NCBI GenBank assembly: GCA_964016885.1
Contig: OZ024740.1
Coordinates: 22,506,001 to 22,570,000 of the forward strand
Direction: 5' to 3'
DNA from: Eledone cirrhosa
Taxonomy: Eukaryota
DNA: 64,000 nt
The notes beneath the pieces were generated by a model, which saw only the letters and a list, made by a program, of their open reading frames with translations, was not told the origin of the DNA and did not search any database. Each line of letters starts with the position of its first letter. Positions within the stretch are counted from its first letter, which is position 1. Positions 53,086 to 64,000 of this stretch are shown in pieces. Position numbers and translations under genes: made by a program.

Positions 53086-54390
53086 TATATATATATATAT
53101 ATATATAGTAATAATAATAAATTTGAAGACTAAAATCCAAAGAGGGTTCGATAAGGATAAATATATATCAAATATATAAGAACCGTAGAGAAAATATTTA
53201 TTTTAAATAACAGATTAAAGTTTAAGCAAAGGATCGCTGCTTTCACCCTTAACAGGATCTTCTGAAACTAAAAAAAAATCAATCTGTGAACGCAGGAGTC
53301 AATAGTTCAAAAAACGTTGCAACCGAAGGAAGACAGGAAGACGATACTTTGATTCGTGAAAACGTTCCCTGGCAAAGAACGGAAAAACTGAAGATAATAC
53401 GTCATTATTTGGAGCGGTGAAGTACCAGTAATGCACTGGGATAATTGCTGGTCTTGTGCCGAAAGTAGAAACAATTATTTGGAGCGATGGAAACAATTAC
53501 ACGCAAAGACAAAACCACGTTTATGGTATAACTGAAGTCGTAGACTAATATTCTATTAGGTGGTTCGTGGAGACGTTCTCTGGCAATGAACGAAAAAAAA
53601 ACGAAGATAATACGTCATTATGTGGGGGTTGAGAACAATTACACGCAAAGACAAAGTCACGTATATGGTATAACTGAGGTCGTAGACTAAAATTCTATTT
53701 AGGAGACCGAATGATCCTCGGCTTCAGAGTTAAGAATAAAGTAAATAAATTACAGGTGTAATTGAAATTAAATATATACATGCACGCAACCATACGTACA
53801 TACACAAGCATACGCGAAAACACTCGCCAGGGGTATGCAAATACAAGCACGTTTACAAAAAAACACGCACGCACATACAGAATCCACGCAACGCCAGTAC
53901 CGGCACACATACGAACAATAGACCAAATACACATAAAAATATATATAAAAAAAAAAATATATATATATACACATATAAGTGCGTGTGTGTGCGTGTATAC
54001 ATATAATTATATAAACGTATATAAAAAAATACACACATAAATACCTATAGAATGCGCGCACACACCCACCTACATGTAAATACACATATGTTCGCAGACG
54101 TACGTCAACCAAAAAACAAAGTACACATATACACACACCCTACAAACGTACGAACCCGCATACTCACACAGACGCAAAACACACGTATACACATAACCAT
54201 AAGCAAATGTACCAGTATATATAAAATATACGCCATAACATATACAAGTAAATATACGAACGAGAAAGTATACGTACCTTCACAAAACATACAGGTAATA
54301 TATACTTACCTATACAAATAAGTAATGGTATAAACATAACATATACTTAGCTACCACATCAAGACGTAAAATATCCGCGTATAATTCGTA

Positions 54391-54962
54391 CTATCCGTTA
54401 GGGTATAATGTGGGTTTGTAATACAGGAAGGTTTTGTGCAGTTTATGTTTACAAGCCGAAATTGCCTCAGATTTTTTGTTTAAGATGTGGCCTTTGGAGT
54501 AGAGTATTTCCAGGGCCTCAGCGGCGCAGAAGTCACATGGTCTTTTATTTCCGTTATACGATCTAGCTTTAGCTAGTATCTCCCAGTGTAAATTATATTG
54601 GGTGTGGTTGTCTTTTAGACTCCAGATATAAGCTGAAAGTGACGTCATATTCCTTCTTAAAAGGGTTAAGAAAAGAATGGGTATGCATGTAAAGACGCTG
54701 CTTGAAACTATTGGCGGTTAACCCTATGTAGGCCCTACGGAACGTGGGTGTTTCAACTTTACATTTGTAGACAATGTTACTAGAGAGGCATTTCCCGGAT
54801 AGGGGGCAGTCAACCCGATTCCTACAATTACATTTAGTACTAGCTACAGGGTTGCACGTGTTCCTACGGCTAGGTAGTTTAGCTAAGTTTGAAGCTGTGA
54901 TGTTATGTGCAAGGTTAGGATTCGTAGAGTAAGAAATTTTAATGGTATTGCTATTAAAAATT
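54391..54962 (-). pseudogene. third Naiad-type GIY-YIG fragment
   Basis: KIFNSNTIKISYS..CNCRNRVDCPLSGKC..IVYKC..AYIGLT..CDFCAAE..LNKKSE..CKH; one frameshift; begins at (TA)n. Confidence 0.85.
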
Positions 54963-55057
54963 TTATATATATATGTATATATATATATACTCACACACAT
55001 ATGGGGAGAGTGTATGTATATATATACATACAAAACATACATACATACCTCCCCCCC

Positions 55058-55100
<43 letters not shown>

Positions 55101-55201
55101 CTGCATCCCAGTTTAGAAACTAAGATGCAGCTATTTTCGATAAAATAATGTACTGGATAATCGCTGGCCTTGTGCCAAAAGTAGAAACAATTATGTATAT
55201 A

Positions 55202-55335
<134 letters not shown>

Positions 55336-55434
55336 TTTATATATAATATTCTCCAAATATATATGAAGATGAAACCAAATCGAAACCAAGATCTCTGCTC
55401 ATCCAGGAAGCAGCCAACCAAACAGAATTATTTT

Positions 55435-55645
55435 ATAGCATCGGAAAAAGTGACACAGAGGAGATTGAGGTTAGCTGGACATGGTCACCGACATCCAGAG
55501 TTGACAGTGCACTCAGTGGTCCCGTGGGAGCCCCTGCATGGACACACTGGAAGAGGAAGACCGAAGTTAACATATGTTGATGCCCTAAGGACAGACATCT
55601 CGTGGAGACGCAGGACATGGCAGCGATAATGAGGGACAGACGATA
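55435..55645 (+). mobile_element. RTE-clade LINE 3' fragment
   Basis: RRLRLAGH..RHPE...WEP.HG..GRGRPKLTYVDAL..D is typical of the RTE ORF C-terminus. Confidence 0.7.
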
Positions 55646-56478
55646 AATATTCTGTCGCGGCCGACGCGAAGGGCTAGTTTCGGTTATTTGTTGGAGATTT
55701 CTTCATAGAAGCCTTATTCTTATAGCCTGGTCTATTCGACTTTTTATATAGTTAATTATGCTAATTGGGAGAGGAAATGGTATATATTTTATCTGGTGAT
55801 TCTATAGACATGTTTTATGATATATAGCTCTGATTATTTAATTTATAAATTTTTCATTGAGCCACAAAGTGACCCGTTGCAAAACACGTATATGTATGTA
55901 TGTATATATATATATATATATATATGTAAACCTTTATATGTAATAATCTCCCATTAGGTTGAGATACAAATTTGGCTGTATTGTGCTGTGCTTTCTAGCA
56001 AAAAGCCACCAGCCGTAAGCAACTACCACATCCTTTCTAACCTGACCGCTGCTACGTCACGATTCTTAGCCATTTTGAATGAATTCTTGGCGCGATCACT
56101 TTGGAAAATTTAATGTCTAGATTAGAGCAAAACTCGTGAAGAGTCCGATGCTCGAATTTCCAAAGTTACTGGAAATCTCAAAATGCGGACGAAACCATGG
56201 TAGAGGTAAATAAATGTATTCTATTTTCTCCTAGTTTATTTTACACCTAATTCTGTTTAATTGACTGTATCTGGGCGATTACGCTGTCGAAATATTTTAT
56301 AAATATTCCGTCGCGGCCGACGCGAAGAGCTAGTTTCGGTTATTTGTTGGAGATTTCTTCATAGAAGCCTTATTCTTATAGCCTGGTCTATTCGATTTTT
56401 TATATAGTTAATTATGCTAATTGGGAGAGGGAATGGTATATATTTTATCTGGTGATTCTATAGACATGTTTTACGATA
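55644..56478. repeat. ~180-bp direct repeat pair (55644-55825, 56299-56478)
   Basis: ATAAATATTC(T/C)GTCGCGGCCGACGCGAAG...ATAGACATGTTTTA present twice. Confidence 0.85.
56133..56205 (+). ncRNA. type I hammerhead with branched stem II (core variant GTGAAGA)
   Basis: CTC-GTGAAGA-GTCCG...CGGAC-GAAA-CCATGG-TA-GAG. Confidence 0.65.
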
Positions 56479-56503
56479 TATATATATATATATATAGATA
56501 TAT

Positions 56504-56599
<96 letters not shown>

Positions 56600-56601
<2 letters not shown>

Positions 56602-56796
56602 CGAAGGAACCAGGTGGACCATAACGCACCAGAGTACTCGATACTTTGGGTAGTGGAATGGGCAATAGGAAAAAGGTCAGGACCCCGATGGGAGAGCTCA
56701 AGCCGTTTCGACGGCTATTTCTGGACTAAATTCAATTTACCCCAGAAATAGCCGTCGAAACGGCTTGAGCTCTGCCATCGGGGTCCTAACCCTTTT

Positions 56797-56800
<4 letters not shown>
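56600..56800 (-). mobile_element. fold-back mini-element H1, copy 4 (longest hairpin)
   Basis: ~60-bp arms around the loop ACTAAATTCAATTTACC; (TA)n on both sides. Confidence 0.87.
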
Positions 56801-56845
<45 letters not shown>

Positions 56846-57519
56846 CTGTCTCACCTCTATCGGTTCCGGCGAGAAGTAACGGTACAGTCTGTTCGTAAAA
56901 TTTACGTACAAGTGGCTGAACATTCGACAGACAGACATATGTACCCTTAAACTAGTTCTCAGGGAGATTCAGCCTGCTACAACTTGAAATAAAGTGACTT
57001 GCTCAAGGACACAGCACGCTGCCAGGAATCGACCAGGTTTTGACGACCCTTCATACACAAAATATTAGAATACACAGCAACCCCCCCCCCCCCCATTTTA
57101 AATATTAAAGTTAGCTCGGCGCAATTAATTGGAATTGAAAAGTTATAAATACAGGTATTAAATTCAAAAATTCTAACCATCCTAAAAGTAAAACGCCCAG
57201 CCGAAGGCACAAATAAATTGCTATGGCGACCGTTGCAGGCGGCCCACAGTAATTGTTCCATTTGCACACCCCCCCTATTAAACCTGGCCCTGACAGCAAA
57301 AGGTCTTCAGAGAAGAAAAATATAAGTGTTTCGACCCTGACTTTTTACTTACTATTCAAACTGTTAAGTAATAAATACAGTTTGAATAAGTCTATTATAG
57401 CGAAAGCTGAAGACCTAATCTATCGAAAGCGTCGAGATGTTAAACATGTTGTGACTACACACGTATTTTGTCTTGGGGAAAGTTCGACATTTCTTTCCTC
57501 AAATATTGTTGTTGTTGTT

Positions 57520-57760
57520 GCAGCTCACACCTATGCAGGTTTAGCTGGCCTCCTCCAAGGTATATCTCGTTGCATTGTCTTGGGTGATTTAATGATAGGG
57601 ACCCCAGTCCTATCATCTCATTTCTACAGCTGAGTAAACTGGAGCAACGTGAAATAAAGTGTCTTGCTCAAGGAAACAACACATCACCCGGTCCGAGAAT
57701 TGAACTCACAACCTTTCGATTGCAAGCCCAATGCTCTAACCACTAAGCCATGTGCCTTCA
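57520..57760 (-). mobile_element. SINE family 1
   Basis: Reverse complement of 5797-6035. Confidence 0.87.
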
Positions 57761-57774
57761 CTCAAATATTAGAA

Positions 57775-58005
57775 ATAATTGTTTCTGATTTAGGTACAGG
57801 GCCAGCAATATATTCTTTTTTTTTTCGGTGGGTGTCGATTATATTGACTCCATTGCATTACTGGTACTTTATTTCTTCAACTCAGTAAGTATGAACGGTA
57901 AAGCTAACTTCAGCGGTATTTGAACTCAGAACATAAAGGACCATAACCATACGCCACAAAGCATGTTGTCCGATGCACCACCGATTCTGTCAATCCACTA
58001 CCCTT
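57775..58005 (-). mobile_element. SINE family 2
   Basis: Same body motifs as 34730-35755. Confidence 0.75.
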
Positions 58006-58308
58006 ACGCACATTACTAATAATAAGTAGGTTCTAACTTATCTCCCTGTCTTCCTCTCCGTCGTTTGGCTGACTACATGGTCCACGTCTGTTTGATCAGA
58101 GCCGACTTTGGGCTACATAATACCAACAACTGTCACCACCGCCACCACCACCGCCGCCGCCGCTTCCACAGCGCCCCCAACACCACCACCACCGCCTCCA
58201 CGACCCCCACCATTAGGTTCATTAGCACTTTCTCCCCAACACCACGTCTCATCACAACTCTAGTGCACGCCACCTATCAATATTATGAACCAGGTCACAC
58301 TCCTATCA

Positions 58309-58365
<57 letters not shown>

Positions 58366-58910
58366 CTCTCTCTACCTCTCTCTCTCTCTCTCTCTACCTC
58401 TCTACCTCTCTCTACCTCTCTTTCTCTCTCTACCTCTCTCTCTCTCCTTCTCTCTCTCTCTACCTACCCCCTCACTCTCTCTCCCTCTCTCCCCCTCTCT
58501 TTCTCTCTCTCTCGTATGACCTCTCCCTTTCACTCACTCACTCTCTCTCTCTCATTCTCTCTCTCTCTTTTTCTCTACCAACCCACATATACACACATGA
58601 ACACACGCACACATATACACACACCCACACACACAGATATAAACACACACATGCATAAACACAGACATAAACACACATGCACAAACAGACACGCAAACAC
58701 ATCCAGACGTACACAACATACCGACACACCGACACCCACACACCCACACACACCGACACACACCCACACACACCGACACACACCGACACACACACACACC
58801 CACACACACCGACACACACACCGACACACACATACACCGACACACACACACACACACACCCAGACATACACACACACGCACACCCCCACATACACAGACT
58901 CACAAACGCG

Positions 58911-58951
<41 letters not shown>

Positions 58952-59767
58952 GCCTTTCGACTGTCACCCCACCCACCCCACCGCCTCTCAGCCTGAAATC
59001 TTCTCTCACATCGAACTGACAAATATTTTGGACAGTGAAACAACTTTGACCTCCCATCAAACTGATCGCTTTCCTTAGAATTTTGGCTATCGTCTCTTTC
59101 CTTCTCCCCCATTCCCTCCTCTCTCACTGTATCACACACACACGCATGCACACACACACACACACACACGCACTTATATATATATTAACAAATATGCATG
59201 CATTTACATACACATATGCGCATACATACACAAACTCATACATATATGTTCACATGCCTACAAACTCACACACCTGCATACTTTCATAGAAATACAAGTT
59301 ATTTATATATATATATAGGTTTACACATACACACACATACATACATACACACACACATATATATAATTATATATATATAGGTTTACACATACACACATAC
59401 ACACACACACATATATATATATATAAATATACACACTAGCAGAGAACTAAAAAATAATGGGTGTATAGTAAAAAATATATTAATTTAATTCTTCTTCTTC
59501 TTCTTCTTCTTCTTCTTCTTCTTCTTCTTCTTCTTCTTCTTCTTCTTCTTCTTCTTCTTCTTCTTCTTCTTCTTCTTCTTCTTCTTCTTCTTCAGATACA
59601 CTGTAAGATACACTAGTAATCCCTTTATTAAATATATCATTTATATATTACATGTATATTACTAATGGAATATAAATGGTAAACAGAAATAACAAAAATA
59701 AAAAGACAGGCGGCACAGTACATTGAAGAAATATATTAGTTTAACGCTTGAAATATCAGTAAGAGAG

Positions 59768-59803
59768 TCTTTATATTTCGGACACTAGTCCTTCATCAGA
59801 AGA
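59768..59803 (-). ncRNA. minimal type I hammerhead (related decayed copy at ~47510-47545)
   Basis: TCTT-CTGATGA-aGGAC-TAGT-GTCC-GAAA-TA-TA-AAGA. Confidence 0.75.
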
Positions 59804-59911
59804 TAGAGTTAGAAATAGAAGATAAATAGAAAGTATAGAGTGATGAGAAGAAAGAAACGAATTGGAGATAATAAAATATATTACTAATAGCCTCGTTGGG
59901 TAAAAGAGGAT

Positions 59912-60093
59912 AATTGTTTCTACTTTTGGCACAAGGCCAACAATTATCCCAGTACATTACTGTTACTTTATTTTATCGACCCCGTAAGGATAAAAGGCAA
60001 AGTTAACCTCGGCCGGATTTGAACTCAGACCATAAAGGGCCGTAACTCTTTGCTGCAAAGCATGGTGTCCGACCCTCTATCGATACTGCCAAT
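59912..60093 (-). mobile_element. SINE family 2
   Basis: Full body and head motifs. Confidence 0.85.
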
Positions 60094-60147
60094 GCGGGTC
60101 TAAATCAGCTAATCAATGCTACACATACATATATTTATACATACTTA

Positions 60148-60440
60148 CAGGGGTGGATTTAGACAGGGAGGGGGGGGGGGGGTATCATAGACAAAATATT
60201 AGAATACACAGCAAATCCCCCAATTTTACACATCAAAGTTAGTCTGGCCTAAGTAATTGGAATTGAAAAGTTTTACATTTTAATACACACATTAAACAAT
60301 TCTAACCATCCTAAAACTGAAAAGCCTAACTGAGGGCATGAATAAATTATTACGACTGTCGCTGATGCCCCCCCCCCCCCTCCCACTACAGGGGACCTGG
60401 GGGCAATTTTCCCCTTTGCTCTCAATTAAATCCAGCCCTA
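60148..60440. mobile_element. MITE with CAGGG-type TIRs (hAT-like); related copy at ~57030-57292
   Basis: CAGGGGTGGATTTA...TAAATCCAGCCCT; shared internal CAAAATATTAGAATACACAGCAA and TTCTAACCATCCTAAAA. Confidence 0.65.
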
Positions 60441-60539
60441 CATACACCCACACCTAATTTTTTTTTTTGTAGATGTATAAGTAGTAGCATTGAATGACTG
60501 ATTCTCGTACATTACTGGTATAGATTTTAAGTGTATAAC

Positions 60540-60770
60540 GTGAAACTCCCCGCATTATCCAAACATATCTAACGGCAAATATCTATCAGTGGAGACTTCT
60601 AGTGTCCTCGGCCCTAGGGCTACCCCCCCTACTCACCACCATGAGCTGGCCAGCCGCAGGTGTGAGCCGCGCGAGTTGGAATGACTTTTCCAGTGCGTCT
60701 CCCTTGCCGTCCTCCGGGGAAACGCCTTCTCCATTCTATCCGCCGAGGGCTGTGAGGAGGCCACCAATAT
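60540..60770 (+). mobile_element. CRE-clade LINE 3' coding fragment
   Basis: VETSSVLGP...ELASRRCEPRELE*LFQCVSLAVLRGNAFSILS. Confidence 0.7.
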
Positions 60771-61282
60771 GACTTCTCATTTTATCAGTCAGATGTTCTA
60801 ATGATTCTGCCGGCATCAATGTAGGAGGCAATTCAACTACTATTTTCTGTATCTGTAATTACTCTGGTATATATTAATTCAGTAAAACTTTTGCAGCACT
60901 TCGAAATCGGAAACCAAATCCCGATATATTTCCTATCTTTTACATTTATTCATTGAAAAGTAAAGTAGAATAAGTCACTGGCTTACAACATTTCTCTTCT
61001 ACATTTGATATATTTATTTTAAGACGCCATATTGGTTATTAGAGCTATTTTGTTTTTACGTTTCGCGTCGCCATTTTAGCTCTGAAAACGCAATCCCTCA
61101 GATAAGTGACGCCGTTTCATCATGATTTTGTTTTCAGTCATAATCTCGAATAGGAGTCGCCAATTTAGTTTAATAGATTGTGTTTTAGTCGAGACGCCAT
61201 CTTTGATCAAGAGAAAACAAAAAGCCAAAAAAAGGACATTCATCAAATTAATTCAACTAGTAACTTTCCATCTTCTACCATT

Positions 61283-61392
<110 letters not shown>

Positions 61393-61489
61393 ACACATAC
61401 ACACAAACATATACACACGCACATAAGCCCCTCCCTCCCCTCAACATCACGATCAACTGAAGGAGCTCCACCACAATCAACAACAACAA

Positions 61490-62245
61490 CACAACAATAA
61501 ACAGTATAAAAACAACAGCTAGAGCAGCAACAATAACAACAACAGCAACAATAACAACAACAGCAATAAACACAACAACAGCAACAACTGCAACAACAGC
61601 AACAATAACAACAATAACAACAACAGCAACAATAACAACAGCAGCAACAATAACAACAACAGCAACAACAACAACATAAACAACAGCAACAACTACAACA
61701 ACTACAACAGCAACAACAGCAGCAACGGCAACAACAGCAGCAACAACAACAGTAACAACAGTAGCAACAATAACAACAGCAACAACAACAACAGCAGTAA
61801 CAACAGCAGCAACAACAACAACAGCAACAGCAACAACAACAGCAACAACAACAACAACAGCAACAACAACAGCAACAACAACAACAACAGCAACAACAAC
61901 AGCAACAGCAACAACATAAACAACAGCACCAACTACAACAACTACAACAACCACAACAACAACAACAGCAACAGCAACAACAACAGTAACAACAACAACA
62001 ATAGCAACACCAACAACAGCAGCAACAACAACAACAACAGCAACAACAACAACAACAACAACAGTAATAACAACAACAACATAAACAACAGCAACAACTA
62101 CAACAGCAATAACAGCAACAACAGCAACAGCAACAACACCATAAACAACAGTAACAACACCAACAACAACAACAACAACATAAACAACAGCAACAACTAC
62201 AACAACAACAACAACATCAACAACAACTGTAACAACAATGATAAC
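61490..62245. repeat. (CAA/CAG/TAA)n trinucleotide tract
   Basis: Directly visible. Confidence 0.95.
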
Positions 62246-62616
62246 GACATGAAAGTCGGACGCCATTTATTTAAGCTATTTCGTTGGAAGTTTAACTAAA
62301 TAAACACTAATTAATAATCAAGTTATAAAGGAGCGCTGGTCGTATATTTACACAAAGGTGGCAGCGCTGATTCCAATTTTTTCAACATCAGAAATAAACA
62401 CAGCAGAGAAAAATACAGTGATTATGAAGAATATTAGGAGTTAGGTAAAAATCATTGTTAGTAAGGGAAACAACTCCAAACGGTTTGAAGCCTTATATGA
62501 CTTCATTTGTGGAAGTATAAATATCGATTTTATTTACTGGCGGGAATGAAGTAGTAATTATAGTGGAGGCGGTAGTGTTGGTAGTATAACGATGTTATTA
62601 TGTAGGAACCAGGTAT

Positions 62617-62844
62617 TTAACTCTTTAGCATTTACTTTACTATATATATACTATTGTATTTTTGTGGTAAAAGCTTCATCTTACATAATTATCTCACATA
62701 AGATCAACTCTATGAGATATTAATATTATTTATTTTGAGAACAATACTTTATCGTCAGTATAGGCAGCCAGTTATGGCCGGTTTGAACAGAAGAGGCGAG
62801 AGAATTCTGGTCGCATATGGTCGGTTTAAATGCTAAAGGGTTAA
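62617..62844. mobile_element. piggyBac-like MITE with TTAA target duplication
   Basis: TTAA-CTCTTTAGCATTTA ... TAAATGCTAAAGGG-TTAA. Confidence 0.75.
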
Positions 62845-62949
62845 AGAAATCACTTAACCACTAACTCTACAAAATATTTCAGGTACAGTCACTCATGCCT
62901 CTGTCTCTCGCTCTCCCCATCTCTCACTATTATAAGCAAATGGAGGATC

Positions 62950-63150
62950 ACGCGGTGGCCGCTCCGTGGCCTCGGCGGATAGAACAAAGAAGGCGTTCCC
63001 TCGGGGAATAGTGAGGCTTTGGAAGAGACATTCCAGCTCACGAGTATCACACGTGCGGGTAGCCAACTCTGTGCCTATGGCAGTGAGAGGGGGGTGGTCA
63101 TAATGCCAAGGACACCAGAAGTCTCCACTACTGACTCAACAACATATTGC
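62950..63150 (-). mobile_element. CRE-clade LINE 3' coding fragment
   Basis: Minus strand VVETSGVLG...ELATRTCDTRELECLFQSLTIPRGNAFFVLSAE; homologous to 60540-60770. Confidence 0.7.
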
Positions 63151-63239
63151 TTTCAGTCTTTGTTTTTTAATCTCATTTCTCGCCTTTTCAAGGCTTTGAA
63201 AAATGGAAAAATATCGAGAGAAAATAATGTAGATTCGTA

Positions 63240-63560
63240 ATTTTATTTTATTTTATTCTATCGACCCCGTAAGGATGAAAGGCGAAGCTAACCCCCGCAG
63301 GGTTTGAACTCAGAATGTAAAGAGCCGTAACTCTATGCCACAAAGCATGTTGACCGACACCCTACCAATACCACCAATCCACCGCCCCTTGTAAATCTAT
63401 ACTAATTATTTCTACTTTTGGCACAGGACCAGCAATTATCCCAGTGTATTACTGGTACTTTATTGTATCGACCCTGTAAGGATGAAAGGCAAAGTTAACC
63501 TCGGCGGGATTTGAACTCAGACCATAAAGGGCCGTAACTCTTTGATACTGCCAATCCACC
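63240..63560 (-). mobile_element. two tandem SINE family 2 copies
   Basis: Body motif CGACCC(C/T)GTAAGGATGAAAGGC occurs twice. Confidence 0.85.
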
Positions 63561-63677
63561 AATGAATGATAATGGGTAGAGTGCCATATGAATAGGAAAA
63601 AGACGGAAGAAAATATTTACTCCTATATATTGACTTCCACTTTCGTTACAAAGCCAGCAATTTTTGGGGTTAGGGCA

Positions 63678-64000
63678 AATTTAATTTAACCAACAACAAT
63701 ACATGACCGGTACTTTAATTTAACCAACAACAATACATGACTGGTACTTTAATTTAACCAACAACAATACATGACTGGTACTTTAATTTAACCAACAACA
63801 ATACATGACTGGTACTTTAATTTAACCAACAACAATACATGACCGGTACTTTAATTTAACCAACAACAATACATGACTGGTACTTTAATTTAACCAACAC
63901 CAATACATGACCGGTACTTTAATTTAACCAACAACAATACATGACCGGTACTTTAATTTAACCAACACCAATACATGACCGGTACTTTAATTTAACCAAC
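63678..64000. repeat. 34-bp tandem repeat TTTAATTTAACCAACAACAATACATGACTGGTAC
   Basis: Period 34, runs off the window end. Confidence 0.95.

Noticed and set aside
45215-53265. Additional hammerhead candidates at ~45220, ~52940 and ~53230
   Set aside because: Cores or stems are too degenerate to support

Overview
Gene-free, repeat-saturated eukaryotic DNA. The SINE types and extreme (TA)n/(CA)n/(TATC)n microsatellite load suggest an octopus or other coleoid cephalopod genome (inference, not verified). No host protein-coding gene is supported; most ORFs in the track are translations of simple repeats. Contents: a 26-bp satellite with a ~1.3-kb higher-order repeat; seven same-strand copies or fragments of a Tx1-clade (APE-RT) LINE, nearly all joined to (TATC)n-type microsatellite; several Penelope-like elements (PLEs, including Naiad-type); about a dozen hammerhead ribozyme motifs; many fold-back micro-insertions in (TA)n; two tRNA-derived SINE families; CRE- and RTE-clade LINE fragments; and mariner-, piggyBac- and other TIR-type MITEs. 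The best candidates for something new are (i) a (TATC)n-targeting Tx1 retrotransposon that builds its own tandem arrays, (ii) hammerhead-centred fold-back mini-elements in (TA)n and (iii) a frameshift-free Naiad ORF whose internal stops are mostly UGA. All coordinates were read by eye and are approximate.
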